A DNA stretch of 64,000 nucleotides from assembly GCA_965222905.1 (NCBI GenBank), contig OZ244976.1, positions 2,570,012 to 2,634,011 of the forward strand, given 5' to 3'. This document shows positions 50,774-59,595 of this stretch, one piece after another. Source of the stretch: Vicinamibacterales bacterium. Lineage in GTDB: Bacteria; Acidobacteriota; Vicinamibacteria; Vicinamibacterales; UBA8438. Numbering within the stretch: position 1 is the stretch's first letter; each line of letters starts with the position of its first letter. Position numbers and translations under genes: made by a program. The notes under the pieces are model-generated. The model searched no databases, was not told where the DNA came from, and was given only the letters and a program-made list of their open reading frames with translations.

Positions 50774-50808
50774 TCGTGAAGAGCCCGGTGTTTCTGATGC
50801 CGAACGCG
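50773..50808 (+). repeat. direct repeat copy B (orphan duplicate of the DUF1592-gene tail)
   Basis: 'atcgtgaagagcccggtgtttctgatgccgaacgcg' would read IVKSPVFLMPNA(PAGE*), with its stop at 50821-50823 overlapping the next GTG start. Confidence 0.85.
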
Positions 50809-50819
50809 CCGGCTGGGGA

Positions 50820-51590
50820 GTGATCGTGGTAACTGCTGCATCACCCGCTCTCGTCAATCGAGCTTGTGTTGAGAAAGCGAAGTGGAGCGAGCCCGTTGCC
50901 TATGACTTGACCCGAACCGAAGCGAGGGTCAGCGTGCCGGAGGAAAAGAGAACGGCCGTGCCAACGAAAGCCGGTGTCTACGCGATCTGTGCTAAGGGTT
51001 CCGGGAGGGACGTGAGCGACTTGATACTTGACATCGGCGAGTGCGGACTACGGCCAAGTTCCCGACGCGGGTTGAGGGAGAGACTTGCTTCTGCGGTGGC
51101 TCACTCGGCTTCCGAGAGGATTGCAGAGGACATCAAGAACGGAAAACTTCAGGACGAGCTGTTTGTCGTCTGGGCGGAGGCTCCTTCAAAAATAGAAGCA
51201 AAGGAAGCTCAAGATGCTCTGATTTGTCTCTTTAGACGGGAATTCGGGAAACAACCCAATTACAACAGGAAGCTCGAAGATAGTGCGTTTCCGGACAACT
51301 ACGTGGCATTGTACGAACGCCTCAAGACCTTGGTAGGCAATCGGCCGCAACCTCCGCTGACCAAGGATATTGCCTTGACGCAATCACAACTGCCGCAGCA
51401 GGTCGACAAAGTCGTTCAGAAGCTGCAGGTGCTTTCGGCCGAACGGCTCGGCGAGGTGGAGGATTTCATCGACTTCTTGAGTCATCGCGATAGCGAAAAA
51501 CGACTGACGCAGATGGCCATGGCGGCGTCAGAACCGGTGCTGAGCGCTGTCTGGGACAACCCGGACGACGCCGAGTATGACGCACTTTGA
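50820..51590 (+). CDS. GIY-YIG-like domain fused to a C-terminal MazE/DUF2281-like antitoxin tail
   Basis: 'KAGVYAICAKG..(14)..LDIGECG...RRGLRERL...EAKEAQDALICLFRREFGKQPNYN' follows GIY..YIG..R..E..N spacing. The tail 'LGEVEDFIDFLSHRD...WDNPDDAEYDAL' is antitoxin-like. The gene overlaps the mazF-like start by 14 nt, and GC is lower here. Confidence 0.55.
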   Translation: MIVVTAASPALVNRACVEKAKWSEPVAYDLTRTEARVSVPEEKRTAVPTKAGVYAICAKGSGRDVSDLILDIGECGLRPSSRRGLRERLASAVAHSASERIAEDIKNGKLQDELFVVWAEAPSKIEAKEAQDALICLFRREFGKQPNYNRKLEDSAFPDNYVALYERLKTLVGNRPQPPLTKDIALTQSQLPQQVDKVVQKLQVLSAERLGEVEDFIDFLSHRDSEKRLTQMAMAASEPVLSAVWDNPDDAEYDAL

Positions 51591-51915
51591 GTTCGGCGAC
51601 GTTGTGCTGGTCCGCGTGCCGTTCACGGATCAGAGCGGATCGAAACAGAGGCCGGCCGTGGTCGTGAGCGGATCGGAATATAGCAAGGCCCGGCCGGACG
51701 TGATTCTGATGGCGGTAACCAGTCGAACCAGGTCACCACACCGCTTCGGCGAGATCTTCATCGAAGATTGGGGTGCCGCCGGGTTGCTCAAGCCGTCGAC
51801 CATCAAGCCTGTGCTGTTCACGATCGAGCAACGGTTGGTCGTACGGGTGTTGGGCCGGTTGATGAAGGATGACCGGGCGGCACTCAAGAAGGGCTGTCGG
51901 AACCTCATCGGGTAG
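51577..51915 (+). CDS. MazF/PemK-family endoribonuclease toxin
   Basis: 'FEFGDVVLVRVPFTDQSGSKQRPAVVVS...VILMAVTS...LKPSTIKP' is the canonical PemK/MazF pattern. 112 aa. Confidence 0.85.
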   Translation: MTHFEFGDVVLVRVPFTDQSGSKQRPAVVVSGSEYSKARPDVILMAVTSRTRSPHRFGEIFIEDWGAAGLLKPSTIKPVLFTIEQRLVVRVLGRLMKDDRAALKKGCRNLIG

Positions 51916-51949
51916 GTTAGACTGGCCGCCACGGGTGGAGAATGAAATC

Positions 51950-53287
51950 ATGACCATCAGCAGGAAATCGCTGCCGCGCCGGACCGTTCTGCGGGGCCTC
52001 GGCGTCACGTTGGGCCTCCCGTTCCTCGATGCGATGTCTCCCGCGCTCACTGCGCTGGCGAAGACCGCGGCGAAGCCCATCCACCGCTTCCAGGCGATCT
52101 ACGTGCCCAACGGCATGGCGATGCAGTACTGGACGCCGAAGAAGGAAGGCCGCGACTTCGAGCTGACGCCGATTCTGGCCCCGTTGGCGCCGTTCCGCGA
52201 TCAGCTTCTGGTCGTCTCGGGCCTGCGCGCGTCGTGGGCCTACGTCCACGCGGGCGCTTCGGCGTCGTTCCTGACCGGGACGCCGCGCGGCGGGGTGAAC
52301 GAGACCGACGTGCTGGCCAGCACCTCGATGGACCAGATCCTCGCGCGCGAGCTGGGCAAGACGACGCAGCTCGGCTCGCTCGAGGTGTCGATGGACAAGT
52401 TCGCCAACGCCGGCCAGTGCACCGCCGGGCTGAGCTGCGCCTACACGCAGACCATCTCGTGGCGCACGCCGACCATGCCGCTGCCGATGGAGAACAACCC
52501 GCGCGCGGTCTTCGAGCGGCTGTTCGGCGACAGCGGCTCGGCCGACCCGGCGGTGCGGCGGGCGCGCCGGCAGCAGAAGCAGAGCATCCTGGACTCGGTC
52601 ACCGACAAGCTCACTGACCTGAGAGTGGCGGTCGGCCCGGGCGATCGCGTCAAGCTCGACGAGTACACCGAGGCGGTCCGCGACGTCGAGCGGCGCATCC
52701 AGCTCGCCGAGCAGCAGCGCGACGTCGAGCCGTCGTTCACCGAGCAGCCGTCGGCGCCCCCGCGCGTCTTCGAGGAGCACTTGGGACTGATGTTCGATCT
52801 GCAGTTCCTGGCGCTGCAGGCCGACCTGACGCGCGTCGTCACCTTCATGATGGGTCGCGAGCAGAGCACCCGCTCGTATCCGCAGATCGGGGTGCCGGAC
52901 GCACACCATCCGCTCTCGCACCACGAGGACGATCCGGAGCGGATCGCCGTCATGTCGAAGATCAACGCGTACCACGCGAAGCTGACCGCGGACTACCTCG
53001 CGCGGCTGCGCGCGGCGGAGGACGCCGACGGGTCGCTGCTCGACAACATGACCATCCTCTACGGCGCCGGCATCTCGAACAGCACGCGGCACTTGGGCGT
53101 CAACCTGCCGCTGGTGCTCCTCGGCGGGGGCGCCGGCAGGCTCAAGGGCGGCCGGCACCTGCGGTATCCGGGCGACACCTCGAACGCCGACCTGCTGATG
53201 ACGCTGATGGACAAGCTCGACATGCCGCTCGACCGGCTGGGCGACAGCACCAGGAGGCTGCCGATCGACACGCTGTCGGAGGTGTGA
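51950..53287 (+). CDS. DUF1552-family protein with twin-arginine signal
   Basis: 'SRKSLPRRTVLRGLGVTLGLPFLDAM' (Tat-like start typical of DUF1552), 'HHPLSHH', and C-terminus 'DLLMTLMDKLDMPLDRLGDSTRRL'. Confidence 0.8.
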   Translation: MTISRKSLPRRTVLRGLGVTLGLPFLDAMSPALTALAKTAAKPIHRFQAIYVPNGMAMQYWTPKKEGRDFELTPILAPLAPFRDQLLVVSGLRASWAYVHAGASASFLTGTPRGGVNETDVLASTSMDQILARELGKTTQLGSLEVSMDKFANAGQCTAGLSCAYTQTISWRTPTMPLPMENNPRAVFERLFGDSGSADPAVRRARRQQKQSILDSVTDKLTDLRVAVGPGDRVKLDEYTEAVRDVERRIQLAEQQRDVEPSFTEQPSAPPRVFEEHLGLMFDLQFLALQADLTRVVTFMMGREQSTRSYPQIGVPDAHHPLSHHEDDPERIAVMSKINAYHAKLTADYLARLRAAEDADGSLLDNMTILYGAGISNSTRHLGVNLPLVLLGGGAGRLKGGRHLRYPGDTSNADLLMTLMDKLDMPLDRLGDSTRRLPIDTLSEV

Positions 53288-53289
53288 GC

Positions 53290-53652
53290 ATGAAAAGGTT
53301 CGTGTGGGGAGCTGGCGCACTGATTGCGCTGTTCGTGCTGTCGGCGGCGCCGGCTGCACAGGGGCGTTACCGGGTCTTCGTGGCGCCGATTGCCGACTTC
53401 GCACTGGGCGACGACGGTCCTACCCGGCATGAGTACGTGATGCATTTCCAGCGCCGGGAGTGCAACGGAATCGTCCCGACGTCCAGGGAGGATCTCGCGG
53501 ACTTCACGGTCTGGTTCGAGTTCGAGGGATCGCACTACGTGCTGCTCTGGGATGCGGAAGGCAATCTGATCGGCTCTCGGCGCGCCGTGCTCAATTCCGG
53601 CAACATCGTCAAGGACGTGTGCAATGCCATCCGGGAGCACGTAGCCGAGTGA
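53290..53652 (+). CDS. small secreted hypothetical protein
   Basis: Signal 'MKRFVWGAGALIALFVLSAAPAAQG'. The start is within 3 nt of the DUF1552 stop, so an operon is likely. Confidence 0.5.
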   Translation: MKRFVWGAGALIALFVLSAAPAAQGRYRVFVAPIADFALGDDGPTRHEYVMHFQRRECNGIVPTSREDLADFTVWFEFEGSHYVLLWDAEGNLIGSRRAVLNSGNIVKDVCNAIREHVAE

Positions 53653-53824
53653 GTCGATCTGCGTTGCCTGGAAGGGTCCACGTCGACCTCTCCCGTCGGT
53701 AGGAACTTGCCGTCGTGAAAGATGGGAGTTCACTATCGACGATGATGCCGGGTGACCCAGTACCCGTTGCGGTCCTGGCGAACGCATCGATGCGTGCCGA
53801 GGTCGCGGTTCGATCGCCTCGTCG

Positions 53825-54238
53825 ATGAAGCGTCCGATGCAGCAGTCCGCGCGTGAGTCTCTGGCACTTGCCGAGCGTAGGGATCTGGCAGCCCTTGCGC
53901 GATACGTGGGAAGTCCGGAGCACAAGGTCCGTCGGTGGTGGGGCGGGTTGCCCAGCGCGCGACAACTTCCGGGTGGACGGGTCGGTCGTCGCGGCCAGCA
54001 GACAACGACCGTCTGCCCGTTGACGACGGAAGAGGATCGCACGTTGGCGACGACTTGGCTTCGGAAAGGGATTACGGCCGGACAATATAAGTTCGTAGAG
54101 TCCGATCAGGAGTTTCCGAAGAAGGTGTGGCTAGAGGCGCGCGGCCGAGTCTGGTGCGGGTATTGCGTCAATCCGTCCGCTGGAGACTACAAGGGCTGGC
54201 CGATTGACGAGGACGAGCGACGTGCGGTTTTCGACTGA
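53825..54238 (+). CDS. hypothetical protein (137 aa), unknown family
   Basis: The C-half 'YKFVESDQEFPKKVWLEARGRVWCGYCVNPSAGDYKGWPIDEDE' looks like a compact beta-rich domain. Its 3' end overlaps the next ORF by 35 nt. No motif recognised. Confidence 0.4.
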   Translation: MKRPMQQSARESLALAERRDLAALARYVGSPEHKVRRWWGGLPSARQLPGGRVGRRGQQTTTVCPLTTEEDRTLATTWLRKGITAGQYKFVESDQEFPKKVWLEARGRVWCGYCVNPSAGDYKGWPIDEDERRAVFD

Positions 54239-55500
54239 GTGGCTCGATCAGGGGCCGAACGTCTCGGAGGAGGAGCGAGCGACCCTCTGTCGTCTCCGAC
54301 TGTACGTGTCGGAAGAAAATGCCTGCAGGTTCTATGATCCCACCTCCAACAGGGCGTGCGACCACGTAACGGTGCCGGCGGTTCATCTGGCTGAGGGCCT
54401 TGCCACGGATTGGTGGTCGATTTTCGGGGGGCGCGATCGAGAGCATCCGATCCGCAGTTATCCGACAGGGTTCGCTCTTCCCGATGTGACGTTGGGATTC
54501 GACGGTTCGACCCTGGAGGTGCGGGGAGAGCAGTGCGCTTCCGAGAACCCTGATGTGCGCTTCTGGCAGGTCGGCAGCGAGGGGTTACCTCGCGATAGTG
54601 GCGGAGTCCACGCTGGCGACGTTCATCGAAGAGGTTGCGGGCAGGCTGGCGACCGCCGGCGTGCCGAACAGCGAGGTGGCTCTGCGCTGGTCGCGCGTGT
54701 CGCGGTCACTCGACAACCCGGACGAAAGAGAGTTCTGCGAGGCCGCAGGGGCGCTGGGAATCGATCCTTATGGCGTGTCGGAGGAAGACGCACTGTTCAT
54801 CGAGCAGGCAGCCGATCTTTTTTCGGGAGAGGCGTTGTTCGAGTTCCTGGCCGGGGTCGGCAACACTGCGCGAGGCGCCCTTCTGAACTGGGTGCGGGCA
54901 GTCGAGAAGAGGCCGCCGGAGCAGTCACGTCTTCCCCTGCTCCACGACATCGCTGGTCGGATCGGCAGGCACGCATCACGCAGACCGGCTGAACGCGGCT
55001 GGGCGACCGGTTACCGGACAGCAAGAGTGTTTCGAGAGGTCGTGGACATCCGACCACATGACAGGTTGAGCGCTCTGTCGGACATGGCTGGAAGGCTGGG
55101 AGCCGGGAGCTTTGCGTGTACTCCGGGGGTGGCCGGCGTTCAGGCGCTAGTGTGTCGAGAAGACGACGACGTTCGCATTCACGTGCGGGAACGAGGACGC
55201 TGGGACTGGGCTCGGCACGCGGAGAGCTTTGCGTTCGCCCGCGCGATCGGCGACGTCGTCTGTTTCGAGGATGGGGGGCGTTCCGTGGTGAACCGTCTGC
55301 ATCAGGCCGAACGGCAAGCGGCCGGCAGGGCATTCGCGGCGGAGTTTCTGGCGCCGGTCGAGAGCGTGCTCGATATGGTCGAAAGCGGTCTCGACGACGA
55401 CGAGATCGCGGGCTCGTTCCACGTATCGCCCCAGGTGATCGCGCGGCAGATCGAGAACCGGGACCGTATCCGGGAGGCTTGCACGGAACGCGCGGGTTGA
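54204..55500 (+). pseudogene. ~430-aa gene with degenerate ImmA/IrrE-like C-terminal domain, interrupted by a +1 frame change near 54585
   Basis: The frame from 54204 is protein-like up to '..VRFWQVGSEG'. The +1 frame is protein-like from 'YLAIVAESTLATFIEEV' to the stop at 55500. Removing one nt in 'gaggggttacc' joins them. C-terminus 'FAFARAIGDVV...RAFAAEFLAPVESV' is ImmA-like with HExxH lost. Confidence 0.55.
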
Positions 55501-55528
55501 GACGCACGTTCGTTCCTCATGTGTGGGT

Positions 55529-56146
55529 TCACGCCACGTCGAACACGTCCGCCACGGTCACGGCGAAGCCGTCGAGGCACACGGAATCGGCTTGCTGACC
55601 TCTGCCGAATACGCCACGTTCGGCGTACGCATCCCCGGACAGGGTCAGCACGGTAATCGTCTCGTCCATCGGATTGACGATCCAGTATTCGGGAATGCGG
55701 GCCTCCGCGTAGTCGCGGCGCTTCATGTGCGTGTCCCGCTCGGGATCGTCGGGGCTGACGATCTCCATGACCAGGTCGGCGCCGCGCCAGTAGTCGTTCC
55801 GGCGCCGCGGGTCGTTCGCGTCACGCACGAGCAGCAGGTCGGGCTCGCGGAACTTGCCGTCGCGGATGCGCAGGCGCAGGGGAGCATAGCGCACCATGCC
55901 GCCCAGGGCCCTGACGAAGGGCGACAGGGCCAGGAACAGGAACGACGAGATGGCCTGGTGGCGGTCCGTGGGCATGGGCGGGACCTCCAGGCGGCCGTCC
56001 GTGAACTCGATCAGCAGCCGTGCGTGATCCGTCAACTGGAGGTACTGCGCCTGCGTCCACAGTCCCTGCAGCGGTTCGATGTCGATGTCGGTGTGGTCGT
56101 CCGGCCTGACGATCCGCAATCCGAGCCGGGGCGCAGCAACCGTCAT
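55529..56146 (-). CDS. Uma2-family (DUF820) PD-(D/E)XK endonuclease
   Basis: 'REPDLLLV...GADLVMEIVSPDDPERDTHMKRRDYAEARIPEYWIVNP' is the typical Uma2 D..E.(V/L)S..K core plus the 'EYWIV' motif. Confidence 0.8.
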   Translation of the reverse strand: MTVAAPRLGLRIVRPDDHTDIDIEPLQGLWTQAQYLQLTDHARLLIEFTDGRLEVPPMPTDRHQAISSFLFLALSPFVRALGGMVRYAPLRLRIRDGKFREPDLLLVRDANDPRRRNDYWRGADLVMEIVSPDDPERDTHMKRRDYAEARIPEYWIVNPMDETITVLTLSGDAYAERGVFGRGQQADSVCLDGFAVTVADVFDVA

Positions 56147-56226
56147 GATCGTCCCGTACCAGGATACCCGGATCGCGCAAGAGGGCTCCGACATGAAGGA
56201 TCACGGTTCACGCTCCGCCGCCGGCG

Positions 56227-57822
56227 TCACATGCCCCAGACCGTGACCGGCGCGCCGCCGGCGCCGGCTGGCGCGTCGCGGCGGAAGATCTTCTCCTCCC
56301 ACGTGCGGTCCGGCGCGCGGTCGAAGACGATCAGGTGGCCCGACTCGGCGCCGCAACGGTCCAGGTAGCCGCGTGTCTGCGCCAGCCCCTCCGCGATGGT
56401 CCGCTCAAGGTCCTTGTGCAGCACCTTGCACTCGACGACGAACCGGCGGGTGCGCCCGCCCTGCGGCCACAGGATCAGCAGGTCCACGCGCCCGCGGCCC
56501 AGGGCGTACTCGCGCTCGAGGCGGCCGCCGCCGTTCACGATCCGTTGCAGGTACGCCTGCAGGAGCAACTGCGGTCCCGCCTCGTGATACTTTTCGAAGC
56601 GCTGCACCCAGTGCTCGGAGTGCTCCCGGAAGAACGTCTGGAACGCCTCGATCAGCCCCGCCACGTTCAGGCAGCCGTCCGCGTCGACGAACCACGCCAT
56701 GCGTTGCGGCAGCCCCATCTGCACCGCCTGGTTCAGATGCCGCGGGACGACCTCGGCGTAGATCGGGTTGGCGATGCGCGGCGTGCCGTCGGCGTCCAGC
56801 GCCACCAGCCCCAGGTCGTGGACGTAGGCCACGTCCTCGGCCGACCAGGCGGACTCGGACGCCCCGGCGAGGATGGGTTCCACCACCCGCCGCACCCGCT
56901 CCTCGCGCAGCTTGTTCGCCAGGTCGTCGATGTGGGTGTCGCGGCGCAGGATCAGCCGTTCCTGCGCATCCACGACGTCGTCGTTGGTAATCGGGCGGGT
57001 GCGGTCGCGGCCCGTCCCGCTTTTGAAGCAGGCCTCCCGGCACAGCGCGTTCACCAGCCACGGCTGGCCGGCCGAACGGCTCCAGACCGCCTGCAGCGCC
57101 CCCTCGGTGAACGCCTGGCCGGTCTCTTCGGTGTGTTGGGCGAGCAGCGTCCGCATCTCCTCCGGTGTGAAGTCGCCGAGGCGCAGCGACTCGGACTTGA
57201 TGTTGAACGCGCTGCCGCCGAGGACCAGGGCGTCCTGCGCGGTGGAATATATGCGGTAGTCGCGCACGTCCCGCACGCCGCACAGGATGATGCTGTGCGG
57301 GAAACGTTCGGGGCGGTGCGGGTAGCCGGCGCGCAACTGGCGGAGCACGGACAGCAGCGTGTCGCCCACCAGCGTGTCGATCTCGTCGATCAGCAGCACC
57401 AGCGGCCGCGGATCGGCCATGCACCAGCGGGACAGGGCCTGTCGCAGCGCCTGACCCGGCCCCGCCCGCTCCAGCACGCCGGGCCAGATGTCCTCCAGCG
57501 TGTCGTCGCCCAGCGTCAGGCTCGCCTCGAGCGCCACCTCGGACAGGATGGCGCGCATGCCCTCCGCCACGTCCTCCCGCAGCGCCTGGGCGGCCTCAAC
57601 GTCGGCGTACACGCAACGGTAGTCACCGGCGGCGCCACTGTTCAGCAGGTCGCGGAGCGCCAGCAGCGCCGACGTCTTGCCCGTCTGCCGCGGGGCGTGG
57701 AGCACGAAGTAACGCTTGTCGCGGACGAGACCGAGCAGCTCGTCGAGATGCACCCGGTCGAGCGGCGGGACGTGGTAGTGGTCGTCGGAACGGACGGGGC
57801 CTTCGGTGTTGAAGAAGCGCAT
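56227..57822 (-). CDS. AAA/ORC-like ATPase with C-terminal PD-(D/E)XK domain
   Basis: 'MRFFNTEGPV', Walker A 'HAPRQTGKTS', Walker B 'LVLLIDEID', and C-terminus 'GRVDLLILW...RFVVECKVL' (D...ExK). It lies 80 nt (33 nt if the upstream ATG at 56194 is used) upstream of the Uma2 gene on the same strand. Confidence 0.75.
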   Translation of the reverse strand: MRFFNTEGPVRSDDHYHVPPLDRVHLDELLGLVRDKRYFVLHAPRQTGKTSALLALRDLLNSGAAGDYRCVYADVEAAQALREDVAEGMRAILSEVALEASLTLGDDTLEDIWPGVLERAGPGQALRQALSRWCMADPRPLVLLIDEIDTLVGDTLLSVLRQLRAGYPHRPERFPHSIILCGVRDVRDYRIYSTAQDALVLGGSAFNIKSESLRLGDFTPEEMRTLLAQHTEETGQAFTEGALQAVWSRSAGQPWLVNALCREACFKSGTGRDRTRPITNDDVVDAQERLILRRDTHIDDLANKLREERVRRVVEPILAGASESAWSAEDVAYVHDLGLVALDADGTPRIANPIYAEVVPRHLNQAVQMGLPQRMAWFVDADGCLNVAGLIEAFQTFFREHSEHWVQRFEKYHEAGPQLLLQAYLQRIVNGGGRLEREYALGRGRVDLLILWPQGGRTRRFVVECKVLHKDLERTIAEGLAQTRGYLDRCGAESGHLIVFDRAPDRTWEEKIFRRDAPAGAGGAPVTVWGM

Positions 57823-58005
57823 GGTCAGGTTGTCGCAGCGGCCGGCGCAGTCCGCGGCCGGCGACCCCGGCATTATCGCTCATGGGCCGCGGGACCGAAG
57901 TCGTCCGGGGCGTCCGGTAGCCGTCCAGGGCGATGCCGATACCGGTTCCTCGACCGGTTGCGCGGCGGGCGTCGCGCAGCGCGCAAGTGTTCTACACTGA
58001 CCTGC

Positions 58006-59577
58006 ATGACGATGGAGATGACGGGGGGCCGGATGATGGTTCGACGGTGCGCGATCTTGTCGGGGCTGGTCGCCGCGAGTCTGACGGGTGTTCTCGCCTC
58101 CGACCAGCCGCTCCCGGATGCGGCGCGGAACGCCGAGTGGGGCGTGGTGCGCGCGCTGGTGGAGCAGGGGGGCGACGTGACGGCGCGCCAGGGGGACGGC
58201 GCGACGGCGCTGCACTGGGCCGCCTACTGGGACGAGGGCGAGCTCGCGGATCTGCTGATCGGCGCCGGCGCCGATGTGAACGCCGCCAACGATCTCGGCG
58301 TTACGCCGCTCTGGGCCGCCGCCGAGAACCGTAGCGCCGTCATGGTTCGGCGGCTGCTCGACGCGGGGGCGAACCCGGATGCGGCGCTCCTTTCCGGCGA
58401 GACGCCGCTGATGACGGCGGCGCGGGTCGGGGCGGCGGACGTCGCGCGCGCGTTCCTGGAGGCAGGGGCCGACACCGCGGTGACCGGCGGTCGCAGCCAG
58501 ACCGCGCTGATGTGGGCGGTTGCGCAGCGGCATCCCGCGGTGGTCGAGGCGCTGCTGGAGCACGGCGCGGCCGCCGACGCCCGGTCGGATGTCTGGACCG
58601 AGGTCGTCAAGACGACGCCCGAGCCGTGGAACCCGGAGTACGTCGCGGACGTTCCCCAGGGAGGCTACACGCCGCTGCTGTTCGCGGCGCGGGTGGGCGA
58701 TCTCACCTCGGCGAAGCTGCTCGTCGCGGCCGGCGCCGACGTGAACGACCAGCCGCCGTACGGTACGAGCGCGACGGTCGTCGCGGCGCACAGCGGGCAC
58801 GGTGACGTCGCGGCGTTCCTGCTGGAGCAGGGCGCCGATCCGAACGCAGCCGACGCCGGCTACACGGCGCTGCACGCCGCGATCCTGCACAAGGACGCGG
58901 CGCTGGTGCGTGCGCTTCTCGACCATGGCGCGGATCCCGGCGCCACCGTGCGGAGCTCCACCCCGGTCCGGCGCGACGCGGTCGACTTCTACCTGCACCC
59001 GTCCTACGTCGGCGCCACGCCGTTCTGGCTCGCGGCGCGCTTCAACGCCGCGGACATCATGCGCCTGCTCCTCGAGCGCGGCGCCGACCCGCTGGCGGTG
59101 CATTACCCGAAGTACTGGCCCGGGTCGCTATCGATCCGGGACGAGCGTGTGCAGGTAGAGGAAGGCGACACGACCGCGGTGATGGCGGCTGCCGGTCTGG
59201 GTGGCAGGGATCCGTTGTTCTCGGTGGACCGCCTCGAGCGCATCGCCGAGAGCGCGCCGGTCCGGAGCACGCGGCGCGAGCCGGATCCGGCGTTGCGCGA
59301 GCGGATGATGCTCGACGCGGTCATCGTCGCGGCCGAGCTGCGAATCGACGTCAACGTCGCCAACGCGGACGGCAACACGGCGCTGCACGCCGCCGCCGGC
59401 GGCGGGTACGACGGCGTCGTCGAGTACCTCGTCGCGCAGGGCGCCCGGCTCGACGTCAGGAACGCGGACGGGCGCACGCCGCTGGCCCTCGCCCAGCGGG
59501 GACGGGTCCGCGGCCGGAACGCGACGCCGCACCACAGTACCGTCGAGCTGCTGCGCCGGCTGGGGGGCGGGGAATAG
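58006..59577 (+). CDS. secreted ankyrin-repeat protein (about 10-12 repeats)
   Basis: Signal-like 'CAILSGLVAASLTGVLA', then repeated 'G.TALHWAA..G...v..LL..GAD.NA' units throughout. Only the 58006-59577 part of the 1080-aa ORF is credible. Confidence 0.85.
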   Translation: MTMEMTGGRMMVRRCAILSGLVAASLTGVLASDQPLPDAARNAEWGVVRALVEQGGDVTARQGDGATALHWAAYWDEGELADLLIGAGADVNAANDLGVTPLWAAAENRSAVMVRRLLDAGANPDAALLSGETPLMTAARVGAADVARAFLEAGADTAVTGGRSQTALMWAVAQRHPAVVEALLEHGAAADARSDVWTEVVKTTPEPWNPEYVADVPQGGYTPLLFAARVGDLTSAKLLVAAGADVNDQPPYGTSATVVAAHSGHGDVAAFLLEQGADPNAADAGYTALHAAILHKDAALVRALLDHGADPGATVRSSTPVRRDAVDFYLHPSYVGATPFWLAARFNAADIMRLLLERGADPLAVHYPKYWPGSLSIRDERVQVEEGDTTAVMAAAGLGGRDPLFSVDRLERIAESAPVRSTRREPDPALRERMMLDAVIVAAELRIDVNVANADGNTALHAAAGGGYDGVVEYLVAQGARLDVRNADGRTPLALAQRGRVRGRNATPHHSTVELLRRLGGGE

Positions 59578-59595
59578 GAGGTGTTCCGGCGTCGC

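Noticed and set aside
56335-58005. N-terminal 557 codons of the 1080-aa + strand ORF
   Set aside because: This part is antisense to the ATPase/PD-(D/E)XK gene and is compositionally junk. Only the part from ATG 58006 (signal peptide plus ankyrin repeats) is credible.
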